A DNA stretch of 64,000 nucleotides, taken from assembly GCA_964057225.1 (NCBI GenBank), contig OZ059894.1:13888001-13952000 (forward strand), given 5' to 3'. This DNA comes from Auanema rhodensis (lineage: Eukaryota > Animalia > Nematoda). The notes beneath the pieces are model-generated. The model saw nothing but the letters and a program-made list of their open reading frames with translations, was not told the origin of the DNA and searched no databases. Each line of letters opens with the position of its first letter. Within the stretch, counting starts at the first letter, position 1. The position numbers were made by a program, and so were the translations under genes. Shown in pieces: positions 13,254 to 26,730 of the stretch.

Positions 13254-15041
13254 TCACTTAATATGGAACGATTATAGTTTTCGTTATTTGAATACAAAAA
13301 AAAACAAAACAAAAAGCAGAGATTGATACAAGAAATTAAAATTATGCGTGTATAGTTAACCACAGTTCACTTTATTTCTCAAAACTCATGAGAATTAGGC
13401 ATTACTCACACTTTTTTTTCTTTAAAATCATTATGAAACATTCATAAAAGCCTGTACATTCCATGAAATTTGGGATTCGAGTCCGTACAAACTCATTTAC
13501 ATGTATATTACAAGCAATTATCTTGATTCGCCATAAAATCTTAAAGCTAATACTTCATAAGTGCCGTATCCATAGTTTGAAAAGATTTTATTTTATTTTG
13601 TTGTTGTTAAAATAATTCAAACATATAGTTAATAACTAATATAACAGTAGAATTCCTTGATCTTTCAATATTGAATACAAGTTTACGGGTCTCATTTCTT
13701 CCTTTGTATTGTTTATTTTTAATAATTAAATAAAATATTATTACAAAAAATATATATATTTAGATAATATATATAATAATATAAGACACATAATATATAA
13801 TTACAGATATATCTATACTATACTATATATATAATATATATTATAAATATATTTATATTTAAAAATCATCCAAAGTACAATATTAAAGATGAATAACGAG
13901 AAAGAACATCATCTATCTTTTCATTGTTTCCAAACAAGGAAACAGTTATTAATCAGATCAGAAAGAAAAATTTTTTTCTCAGTACATTCACACAACGCCA
14001 CCTTTTTTCCATGTAACTTTCATATAATCTCATATTTCAAATGAAAATGAGCGTGAGGACTTTCTTACAATTTGTTTACATTTTCAACTTTTTGTTGTAA
14101 ATGTATTCGAACTAAATTTGTTCTTTTTCCCTTTTTTTTATTTGAAACAAAAAAAAACGAAAAATAAACAATATTGGGTACGGGGGGCGGGCAGGGTAAC
14201 AATAAAAGTTTAGTTTTTTCAGGTCAGACCTATTAGCTTCAAAGAAATTGTTTTTAAATAAATAAAAATTGTTTATTCATTTAAAATTTTGTACTTTTTA
14301 AGAACAATTGAACAAAAAAATATGTTTTTCACTTTGCTGAAAATTGAATTAGGATAAATATATTATATTTAAAATTAATTATTACGTGAGGAAGTGAAGG
14401 TAGAAGGAGGTTGATGCTAAACAGGTTCGAAAGGACTTAAAGAGACATAGATGAAACCAGTTTTTTTGCTGAAAGCTGCCTCTTAAATGCCGTTATAATC
14501 GGGTTCGTTAATGGTGCGCTTGGCGTAGACATGGTTGTAGTCATTGCAAATCTTCAATGTTTTGACAGAAAATGACAGGACTTGAACAGTAAAATGCAGA
14601 AATCAGCTTCTAACTGTTTGAGATGACGTTTTCATTTCATCTAATTTCCCTCTTCAAATCAAAACGTACTATCACTAATCACGTTTGTATTGAAGTTGAA
14701 GCATTTCTTCTATGTCCTCCAACCTATAGCCTTCTCCCCTCCTTTCTTTCCAAGCATTGCAAGTTGGTTGACGGCCGTATCAAGCATGCAGCTTTTAATA
14801 TTTCTGATTGAACTAGCTTTAATCTTCTATTATATTATAAACATTATAAAATAGTTTTCATAATTCTTATAATTGAAAAATTCATATATTATTTAATGAG
14901 AATCATCAACATTTTTTTCAAAATATTTACTCCAAAATTCAAAAAGACAAATATCGTAATAAAAAAAATGTCATCATGAATTGTTTCATTGCTTAAAGAA
15001 AGAAATTGAAAAAAATGAAAAAGATATATATGTGTATAGAA

Positions 15042-15075
15042 AGAGAGAGATAGAGAGATAGAGATAGAGATAGAA

Positions 15076-15109
<34 letters not shown>

Positions 15110-15121
15110 TGAAAGAGAGAG
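15042..15121. repeat. Compound (GAGATA)n/(GA)n microsatellite
   Basis: Directly visible. Confidence 0.9.
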
Positions 15122-15605
15122 AACTAAAAAGGAGAAGAAGGATATTAAGAAATAGACCGGTCACTTCATTAGATTTTCCAGAAAAATTTTTTTTTGTAAA
15201 TCTGACATTACCCATTAGTTATGTTTTACACGTACACAATCTAAATATACGTGAGTTTTTAAATATTTCATCGTATTAATTAAACTATAAAATCTTAATA
15301 TATCGTTATTAATTATATCTTTTGAGATTTATGTATTTGAAAATATTATAAATATATATTTGTAATCAAACGTCCTTCAACCATTCCTGAAGTTTTTTTC
15401 TAAAATAATGATGACATTGCCTGGCTATTGCCCTAAAAATAGATTTCATTCATCATTTCATTAAAACTTTAATTCAATACAAACTTCTTTTTTTTTTTTT
15501 AATTTAACAAATCTTTCTTATTTTTGTGAATTTCTATTGGCAACAAGGGTAGTACGAATGAAGGTATAGAGGATAGGGTGACGACAAGAGAATCGAGAAT
15601 TATCA

Positions 15606-15810
15606 TATAAAGAGTGTTCGAAGTTCTCATTTCGTTCCAATTTCCAACAAGCACTTGAGGGGACAAACACGAATCGGTTAGCTAATCCACTTGTTTATCG
15701 TAAACAAACTTATTTGGCCCTTATTCGGTTTTCGTTTTATGTATAATCCGTCGTTTCTATTTTCTCTTACATTCACTCATCGTATTCCTGTCTCTATTCA
15801 TCAGGTAAGT
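15606..15810 (+). promoter_or_regulatory. Candidate promoter and 5' non-coding exon
   Basis: TATAAAG at 15606-15612, GC-elevated sequence, and a perfect CAG|GTAAGT donor at 15804/15805 that no annotated exon explains. Confidence 0.4.
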
Positions 15811-18004
15811 GAGCGGTTTTTCATTTGCATGTTGTTGTTCTAACAATCATGAAATCTGATCTTGATAGCTTACTTACTTCTACTTCTACTACTAGTATTA
15901 TTAGCTGTCAGATGGTTAATTACTCATCGATACAGCGTTATTCTGTTGTTAACTCTGTTAATTCTACAAGTATCATCTTTCTTTCATTTTAAAAAAAATG
16001 TGTTTTCTGTCACGTAATCATTCAATGCGAAAGATTCAACTTTGATTCTTCACTATGCTAATCTAGACGATCAACCTTCATTAACGTTTCAAATACTTAA
16101 TGAATTTTCCATTTCATATAACTGTCTTTACTTCATTTTACGGCTTCATCTATTTCTCTGTTCCATTCTTTTTCAATCCAATTCCTTCTCTTTGCATTTT
16201 CTTCTCATTGCATCTTCTTCTCTTCATACTTTTCCTTATTCTTAATCATAGTCATCATTTTCTCACCAACTATACATTCATTTAAACGTTTTATTCTTAA
16301 TATATTTATATTATTTCTAATTTTAACAACTATTCTGAGTACAAAGAAATTTTTCTATTTTTTTGTTGAAAAACCTCAAGATGCATACTTCTGATGATAT
16401 CATCACTCATGTTGAAGTTTGTTTCTTTTCTATTAGTTTGCTGAACTATTTCACAAGAAATATCTATGTTTGTAAAGTAAAAAAGGAGCAAATGTCTTTT
16501 GTTGAAAGTATTTTAACTAATTTAATCTCTTAATACTCTTCTTCTTCTTCTTCTTATTCTTTCCATCCTTCCTTCTCCCTCTCTACCACCCTGATTTCTC
16601 TCTTAAATTGGTCAAGGATCATTTGGCTAATTCGACCAAAAATACGTAATTTCTGTAAGTTTCAAGATTACTATCACATTATTCTCTTTACCATTTCAGG
16701 ACGTGAAGTTTGATTTTAGATGTCTCTTTCTTGGTAATGAAAAACAGAAGTTTTTCCTTTTTCTCTCCACCCCACCCCCATCTTGCAAACATTTCACTTA
16801 ACCTTTCTTTTTTTTGCAAAGAAACATACAAAGACATCACATACACACATACATATGTATATTTATACAAATATCGTTTATTAGTATTAATTATTATATT
16901 ATTAATTTATTTATATTCCATTTTGAAGCATATTTGATAGCATTTCTTTACATTTCATCTTATTTCATGCATTTAGATTTGACCTATGCCCAGGCTTTGT
17001 CGTTAAACTTTTATTTCGGGAATTATTTGCTAGTAAATTATAAAAATTGAACAAAAGCTTCAACACTTCCTTCATTTTTTTGAATGTTTAATTGAAATTT
17101 TTGAATTTAAACAACTTTTATGCATTTTTTTCAAAAAAAAAAAGATCTTTTAGCCATTAAGTACAAGTTGCGATAACAGTAATATAAAGCTTTAAGCTTG
17201 TTGATCTCAATATTCAAAGCAAAACCATGGTCTTTCAAATTGCTAATTAATATTTCATAGAATATATAACTTATCTATTTGATTTTAAATATTTAAGATG
17301 AAAAAAAAAGTTCTTTCTCTCAAATAAATAGTTTGGTAACACACATGGCTGAACCGATTAGACAGCTTTACTCTCATTTTTCAATAAATTTGCCCTTTTC
17401 TCAAAATTGTTACGCATATATATTCATATTTAAAATATCTGTTTTAAGTAAAAAAAAATGTTTCAAATAAGAATATTTCGTTTTTTTTTCTCTTCAAAAC
17501 TTTCTGATCAATGAACTTGCAGACGACATTTTTTAGATGAAAAACAAATGCATTTTGACAGCTTCTGTTTGTTACCGTTGCTTTTGTTGGCATATGTTGA
17601 TGCTAATGCTCAATAACCATGCCTGTCCTCAAGCTTTAAATCTTTTTGTTAAATTAAAAAAATAAAAATAAAAAATAAATTATATATACCTAATTTTCTT
17701 CCCATAGAGTTTCTTTTATCATTTTCATGTGATTAATCTAAGAAGAACCAGAAAAAAGAATTGAACATCCAGATGTACATATGATGTAATCCGATTATCC
17801 CCAGTCTATTACTAATATAGTTAAACGATTATCGTATTACATTACCAAATTCCAACACTCAGAAATGTCATCTGAATCTGCTTTAAAGCTGCAGCATCAT
17901 CATGATGACGACCATCCTGATGATACGTCCGGTTGACCAAGAATCTTTTTTTTCTTTCGGTTATTTCCGATTTTCTATAGCATATACTTTTTCTTTTTGT
18001 GAAT

Positions 18005-18008
<4 letters not shown>

Positions 18009-18072
<64 letters not shown>

Positions 18073-18087
18073 TTCTCTCTTTCTCTC
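18009..18087. repeat. (CT)n microsatellite, ~30 units plus degenerate tail
   Basis: Directly visible. Confidence 0.95.
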
Positions 18088-21000
18088 CGAGCTTCTAAGT
18101 TCAATTTTCACCCTTTAAACACTCGTCCATCATTGGCCCTGTTTGAACCCAATTGATTCAGCTTATCCTTTTACCATTTTCTTTTCAAATCGTCACATTT
18201 TTTTCTTTATTAGCTATTGTGTTTATAATCTTTTAACTATATACAAATCTTTTATAATATACATATAGATAATCTTCTTCATTCGTAAAACTTGCTATTA
18301 TCAATCCTTCATCTAATCTTCATTCCTATTATTTCATACAAATATGTATCTTTTTCTTTTTTTTTGCAATAAAAACCTTTCTTTTCTACAAATTTTCATT
18401 TTTAATATTTATTACATTATACAATGAAAAGATTTTATTATTACTAACAATAGTAAATCTTATATTATATGTTATAATCTATAAAAAATATAATTTTTTT
18501 CTCATCTTCTACTTCTTCTTTTTCCTCATACACGTCCACCACATTTTTGCCAACTTTTGGATATTGTTGACTGCATAGCCAACCTTCCATCTCATTTAGT
18601 CTTCAGTCCTTCCGTAAAAGAGTCCAAAAGGAAGAACAGCACATCGAGGGGAAGCTCCGAGAGGTCTTCGTGTTCGAGATCAGTTTTCCGCTCTTCTATT
18701 TTTCTCTGTCATTCACCTCAGATTATGCTACCTTGCACTACCTTTTAGTTCTCTCTCTTTCTCTCTGTCTCTCTCTCTCTCTCTCTTTCATCTTATTTTT
18801 ATTCAAAATATTCAATATCTCATATCATAGAGTAATAATAATATTTTAACTATAAACATGAAAACTATCTATAAATATGAGCAATAAACTTAAATTAATG
18901 CTGATATACAGATGTTTTTCTGTTTCCGTATGCCCTTTCGTGGTTTCAGAAGTGTTATATGCACATGATCCAAATTATAATCGAGCTACAGGAAATAAGA
19001 TTGACGTAATCTCCTCAATACATATCAACCAACTTTCATATGTTCATATATATATATATTTATATTGTTATCATTATTATATTTATGTGAATATTTTATA
19101 TAGTTAACTTTAAATATAATTATTATATATAATTTCTAAATATGTTGTTTCTAAATATACATTATCTTGAATTTTCTTTTGTACCAAAACCCATATGCTA
19201 TATGCAATATGCATTTATCATTAAAAGTTTGAACACTGATTTCTGAATCTTAAATCAGTTAATTATGGTTTTTTTAAAACTACAAAATCTCTGATAGAAT
19301 ATAAATTTTCTCCATTTTCCCAACTAAACTCTGTTCATCCAGCCATTCATAAACAAAAAAAAATTCATCCTGTTTTCTCCATCGTCTTCTTCTACTTTTT
19401 TAAATTTTTTATTCATATTTCATCTTCAGTTTCAACTTTCAATTTAAATGGAATGAACGGAATAGAAATGTGAATAAAGATATCTTTATTTTATATTATT
19501 TACTTTTTTTTTATAAATAAATCATAAAAACTATTTTTTCTTATATTTTATTAAAGTAATCTGTTTTTCTTATTTTAGTATTATCGACAAAAAAAATAGT
19601 TGATCCTTTCCAGCTTCATTTCATCTCCTCGTTAGCTATTCATATCCATTTCATTTGTATCCATTTTTTTCTCACTTTACTTATATTACTATTAAACTTT
19701 CAAATATCTTTCTTTACTAGTTTTTTGAGATTTAACTATACATCCAAATCGGATGATCATTCTCAACATCCCATATCAATGCTGACGCACTTAGTTGTAT
19801 CTGAGCTTGACATACATACATACCTCAGAAAACATAAATTATGTATACATACATAGATTATCAATTTGTTTTCAATTCTTTTACTGAATACCCGTATAGA
19901 TTTATAAATATTTTTCTTATTTAATTATTATTTTAAATCATAATTAATCTTTAACTATTTAATTTTACTATATATTTATTTCTAAAAAACAATATATAAT
20001 TCTTTTCACCAAAAAAAATCAATGAGGAATTAATATTCTCTTTTTCTTAGAAATGTTTGCGGCTTTTTACTGCCATTCTTACAGTCCACATTTATCTTAA
20101 TCCAAGCCTTTGGACAGCTTAATCCAACAATGCCCTCCGGGGAAATATTGGATATATCGGATTGACGGAATCAAGCTTCGTCACATGGATTTTCTGATTT
20201 TTTTCATTCTATTCTCTCTATTTCTATGTCAATTGGATTGGTTTATGAGACAAAGAGTTCGAATTTCTCCAGTTAACGTTAAATTTCCGGACATCTTTTT
20301 CTTTTAAATATTTGAGAAAAATAGAGAGGAAAGTAGAGAGGGAGAAGGAGAGAGAGAGAAAGAGAGAGAGAAAGAGAGGGAAGTAAAATAATGAGCTATT
20401 CTTGCTAACTTCTTCAATCACATAGCAAATACCAGTTGGATAAGATAAGAGAAATGCGGAACTGAACCATGAGCTCATCTTCAAACATCATCAGGATTTC
20501 ATAAGTTGACTTAACGCAAAGACTATGATTATGATCTATAAGATACCAAGAAACGAAGTAAAATCACTTCCACGTTGTAACCCTAATACGACTTAGTTAT
20601 AGAATTCCATATAAGTTCATGTTAACTATTCAGTTTAAAAGGACCATATGAAAGTGCTAATGGCCTTGTTTCCATATGTAGCATTTCAAGAATTGAATCA
20701 CAAACCGATGCATCGAAGAGGAAAAACTAAAGTAAGAGAGTTGGGGTAGGAAAGAGATAGAGTGTATACATATATACGTTTAAGAAATAAAGAGAATTAG
20801 AGAAAGAAAAAGTGAGAAGGAGGAGATAAAGAGGGGGAGGAGTAGAATACGTGTGAAAGCTGGTTAAAGAAAATGAGAAGAAAAAAAAAAGAAAGAAATA
20901 TGAATGTAGTTTAAGTGACAACTAAGTATCTATATATACAATGATCACAAATAATTTTCTCATAGTTATTTAGTTATTACATTATAATATATGAATTTCA

Positions 21001-22073
21001 TATAAATTTGTCTTTAGAAATAAAAACTGTATTTCAGTTTTCTAGACGAGTTATACGAAAAAAAAAGTAAATCAAATCTATTGATTTTATTTATTCAGTT
21101 ATTCTTTAATTATATATATTTATATATATATATATATAGTTAAATATTTGTATTTATTGTTTTTTAGGTTAAATTATTTAAATTTATTTATGTTATTTCG
21201 TATGTTTTGAATATCCAAATATCGCATAAATTCGATCAAACTTTTCGTTTTTTTTCTCATTAAAATAGAAATAGTTGTGATAACTATCTCATTTAGCTGT
21301 ACATCGTTTCTAATCGACTGACGTCTTCACGTGAACTTCCACGTCACACTAGTCACGTTCTTCGTTTAGGCAAATAAGCTCACATAGGACATGTTATCAT
21401 TTATCAATAAAAACAAAATATTTTTGCTAACTGATATTAGTGTTTTCAATTTTTTTTTAGGAAATTTAATTATTATAAATATAATATGTGTATAGACATA
21501 ATATATATTATAATATTTCTTTCTTTTTTTTTTAAACTTTTCATCATTCTTCATATTGAACTCTCCTTTTTTTTCTGATCATTTGTTTTGACTATATGAT
21601 TCATTCATACGTTATATAAGAAAATATATTTATATTTATTATATACATATATGTGTATATGATATAAGAATGTTATATAATATATAAATTATATAGATTA
21701 TATAACTATATTTTAAGTAAGTACAGGTGACTAGACATACTATTAAAGTTCATGTGTACATATAATATTTATCCTATATACAGATAATATATGTTATTAT
21801 ATATATATAGATAGATATAAACATTTTTAAAGGTATTATATACAAAAATGTTTTTAACTATACACATAAAGAACATATATGTATCTTTATACTCAGTTGG
21901 CCGGTTCTTTACTCATTTGATTTAATTACAAACATATTAATCACATATTTCATTTATCTCTGTTATCTTTATCATCGAATTTTGTTATTATAATAGTTTA
22001 AAAGATTAATATATTTATAGAACTGTATTATATGTATATGCATATAGAGAGACTCATAGTGGTAATCACAAAA

Positions 22074-22124
22074 GAGAGAGAGATAGAGAGAGCGAAAGAG
22101 AGAGAGAGAGAGAGAGTGAGAGAG
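22074..22124. repeat. Interrupted (GA)n microsatellite
   Basis: Directly visible. Confidence 0.85.
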
Positions 22125-22964
22125 GCACTAGTGAATAAGATTGAGATAGAAAAAGAGACAAGGAGATGAAGCTTAAGTGCTTCTATCTATCCATCCATTA
22201 ATAAAATTTGCATGTTGTCCAAAACCTCAAGGAACGCAGACTTTGACCTTTTTGTTTTTTTTTTCGAGCTTTACTTTGGGATGAACTGAAATTTTTTTTT
22301 TTTAAGTATATATATGAACATATGTATATATCAATAGATTTTATACGTATAATACTATTAACTATATCATAAGTTGAGTATAGAAAATCTATAAAACTGG
22401 GTCATTTAACACAAAAAACCAGTATTTCAACTTAAATTTGATAATTACTATATCACATTCAGCTTCGTTTTCTTGAACTTAAATCAAAAAACGAAAATAT
22501 TTTCCATGAAATTATAATCTTATCCTGTTTCTTTTTCAATTTTTTTAAAACTCATAGTTACTGCTGCAAAAGAATGAACATCTGCAGATTTTTTTTTGTT
22601 TTATTAGAGCATATTACGTCATTCTATTTCCTACTCTCGTACAAGTCATCGAATATCTCTCTCTCTTTCTTTCTTTCTTTCTTTTTCACTTTCCCTCTTT
22701 ATAAATCTCTCTCAGAATTTCTTTGTCACTATATATTTTTCTTTATATATATATATATATTATCTTGTTCTCTTGTTGTTCTCACCAAATAGATTCTCGG
22801 CAGCAATTGACTAAATACAAAAAGCATAGTTACTGTTCTAATTTATGCCCATCACCTTCTGTTTACAACTATTTCATTAAAAACATTTCTTTTACTATGT
22901 CATCTTCGTTTTACTTATATGTGCCGTCGTTTAATTTCCTTTGCACTTTATCTTTTTTTCCAGA

Positions 22965-23536
22965 ATGGATGATCTGAAGTCAAGTGTTCGACTAGTTGCT
23001 GGAATATTTCTTTCAATCTCTTTAATATCTTCTGTATTGGCATGTGCTGTCTGGGATTTTCCAACTCATGAACAACAAGAAAATACTGTTTATCTTGGTT
23101 TGTACTTAAATATTAAAGGTCGAACTTTATAATTTTAAATTATTTGTTATAGTTGGTGTTGGCGGTGGCTTAATTCTCAATTTTGCTATATTCGTTTGTT
23201 TATTCCGTGGCATGGTTAACCATAATCCAAATTACTTCCTTCCTTACATTGTCTGCTCATTTTTGAACTTGTCTATATGGTAAATTCATATAGTTAATTT
23301 AATATATTTGAATAATTAAATGTATTTTCAGTTTAATTCTCTCAATAATTTTCTTTTTATCGTCCGTTCGATCTTTTTATTTCGGAATTGCTCCAATAGA
23401 TGCTGTAGCTATGTTCGTCTTCCTACTTTGCTCAATATTCTGGTACTGGAGTTTACGAATTGTTAAGATATATCGTCAATATATTACAATGATATCAGGA
23501 AAGCATACACTATTTGAGAATCCAGAATTTGTCTGA
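22965..23536 (+). CDS. Small four-transmembrane protein (~154 aa) of unknown function, 3 exons
   Basis: Exons 22965-23097, 23153-23279 and 23332-23536 splice in frame: MDDLKSSVRLVAGIFLSISLISSVLACAVW...GMVNHNPNYFLPYIV...FWYWSLRIVKIYRQY...LFENPEFV*. Four hydrophobic segments; TTTTCCAG acceptor 1 nt before the ATG. Confidence 0.85.
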
Positions 23537-25892
23537 ATTAGATATCAATTTTCAAATTAATTGAAATAATATTCTAAATCTGTTGAAAGATGTAGACGTC
23601 AAGCATTGATATAACCTCAGATGATTGCAATCATTGGTGCAATGGTTGTCATACATACATATACTGGTCTCATGTAATTTTTTTGTTTCTTTTGAAACAC
23701 AAAAAGATGTTTAAAATTGTTCAAAAAAAATCTGTTATTATGAAAATTCGAATATATTTTTCAAATAGATGAATAATACTTTCTTTTTTTTTTTGAATTA
23801 TTTTCAACCTTTTTTTCAAACCGAAAGAATATAATATCTTATTCTTTTTCTCTTCTTTTCAACAAAAATGTTTCTTTTTTTTAACGCATTTATATATTTT
23901 TATGAACATTTAACATTTTCTTTTGTTTTAAAAGATTTTTTTTTCTTTGAACATTGTCCTTTACATATATACATATATAAATACATAGTATATACTAACT
24001 ATATACATATGTATATGGGTCTTAATGAATATTATGTTAAGAAATTATTCAATCACCCCCGGGTAGTAAATGATTTATTATATGTTATAGATTATACGTC
24101 ATGAATTTATTAAAGTTTTATCATGGATTTTTTAAATTTAAATATAATAAAAACAAATAATAGCAATTCGGAATATCAGAATATAAAATATGTTAAAATA
24201 TACAAAAAAAAAGAACTAAAAATCATATAAATTTTTTATTTTTTATTAAAATTTTTTGAAAGAAATTAATATTATGTTAGATAATCTTTATAATAATTTG
24301 CTTCTTATTATTAATTAAAACAATAGAGAAAATAAAAAGATAAACTATTCATTGACTTATTGTCTCTTATCTTCAAATATTCTTTGAAATGCTTGTTCAA
24401 ACTCTAAAAAATAAGTTTTATCTTTTTGATAAGAAATATCAAAGTAAAATGTAGTCTTTGAACGTGATGAACTTGAACTATATTTGCAAGAAAATGATAA
24501 AAATGAAAAATGTCAATTTATTTATTAAAATAATTAATTTTTGAATTAATAGAATTTGAATATATAATTTTCCATCAAAAAACGTTTCATATTAATTGCT
24601 AATTATATAAACTATTTGATGAATATATGGAAATATTTTAATATAAAATTATTCTTCTTGAAATATTCTTCTTATCAAAATATCATAAACATTTTTAAAA
24701 ACATATATATTGTAATCATTTGTTTTATTATTTCATTTATATTATTTAATGAAAGCTAAATGTTATGCTAAAATACACACGATTGAATATTAATCTTGAA
24801 TGAGAGTTCAATGTTACGTCTAGTCTAGAATGAGCTTTAACCTATGCTTTTACCTTGTCTGAAGCACTAGATATAGGAATATCTCGATAACGTAAAGTTC
24901 ATACTAAGGTTTTTAACATAATTTTTCTCGAACCACTAACCTATGTCTAAAAGAGTGGAACATAAGCATAAACCTCCTTACATATATAATATATATATGA
25001 ATTAGTTTCCATTCAGGGTAAGATTATTCATATATTATAAAAAAAAATTAACATAATATTAATATAAAATACAAATAAACATATAGTTAACATACTTATA
25101 AATATGTATTCATCTATGTATGTCTACTTCCTTTTTTAAAATTTTATTATCAAATTAACAAAAATTATTTATTAGTTTAAAATATATAATTATACATATT
25201 ATTGATAACAAAAAAAAATATATATTCTATTCATATAGTAATTGTTTTTTTATAATTAATATTAATAAATATTTATCATAAAAGATAAGATTACTATATG
25301 TAATTGTATATTAACATATGTATATTATAATGTTTTTTTAAAACAAATAGATTAATATTATTATAATTTTTATATTTATATTGATTATAATTAAAATTAT
25401 AAATTAATTTTAATGTTTAATGTTCAATGACCTTTATTCTGTATTTAAAGTTCGTAAAGAAGTACATTGGTTGACCATATTTAAATTAATCGGTACAAGC
25501 AGAATTCAATGAATCAACTTCTGTAAAAACATTTTTTCAACATAAAATTAAATATTTTAAAAACTTATTATAACAAATGATTATCAGCTGTTATTAAATG
25601 ATTCCTGTTAAATTTTAATCAAATACATATATGTAATATATATATTTGTCAAACAGATTATATAAAAATGAGTTTGAAATCAAAAAAAAAAGATAAAAAT
25701 GGTTTCAGTTTGTATTCTTGTGTTTCTTTTCGAACTAAATAAGTTATTTATCATCAATAATAATATTACACATGAAGATATTAATATGATATCCACAACA
25801 TTTTGTAAAAACATTTTGTTGATAATAATCATTCATTTGAGCAACTTTGAATATTAATTAATATAAAATATATAATCTTACTTGTAAATTCC

Positions 25893-26360
25893 ATGAAGAA
25901 AAACATTTACTTTCATATCATTGTCCCATTTATCAAGATTAACTTGATTATTAGAACGACAGCTTTCAATACAAAAGAAGTTTTGCATAAGAACTATAAG
26001 GAGAAAGAAGAAGAAGAAGTTGAAAGATTACTTTCAATTTACTATCAAATCCAGCTCCATATTGATATTGGGTAAATCAGCTAAATCAATTTGATAATCA
26101 TTAGCTTTAGTACTAAGCTCCAAGATCAGCATAGAGTTAAGCATTTTATCAACTTAAGTAATATATAAAGTGTTGATGTTGGAGCATATTTTTGCTCAAA
26201 TCCGATTTTCAGACATTTTCATGCTTTCGCAAAGCAAGAATATATCTTAGCTAACGGAAAACTCGTCATTTTTGAAAATCTCCAATTTTCGGATCATTTC
26301 ACAGGTCTGGGAAAATTGGATTTGAAAGTGTATGTAGAAAATGAAAAAAACAAAGTATAG
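25893..26360 (+). pseudogene. Possible decayed gene fragment
   Basis: One reading frame runs ~155 codons with three internal stops (26073, 26082, 26166) in an island richer in GC than its flanks. Two of the stops fall in a GTAAAT...CATTAG intron-like segment. No family was recognised. Confidence 0.25.
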
Positions 26361-26730
26361 CTATATGATAATATTAAATATAAACGTCATTCATTATTCA
26401 ATTATTTATTAAAATTATAAAAGTTGTACAGATAATATTGCATAAAACTTTAAAAGTTCAAAAATACTTAAGCATTATAAAACTAATATACCCGTGTTTG
26501 GAACAGAGAGAGAGAGAAAGTGATGAAAAAATAGAAAAAAATATTATAATAATGGAAAATGATGAAGAATAGAACATTCAAGGAATCAAACAGTACTGGA
26601 AATTAGTTTGAAATCTCACACAAAATTAATTTTAAAGAATTAAATATAAATAAATTATATTTAATTTTAAAAAATTAATCTGATTGACCCCGTAAATAAT
26701 AAAAAGTTGGATTTATATAATAATATATGT

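Noticed and set aside
15683-20125. TAATCC (K50 homeodomain) sites upstream of the four-TM gene
   Set aside because: The hexamer is expected dozens of times in the window; no real enrichment.
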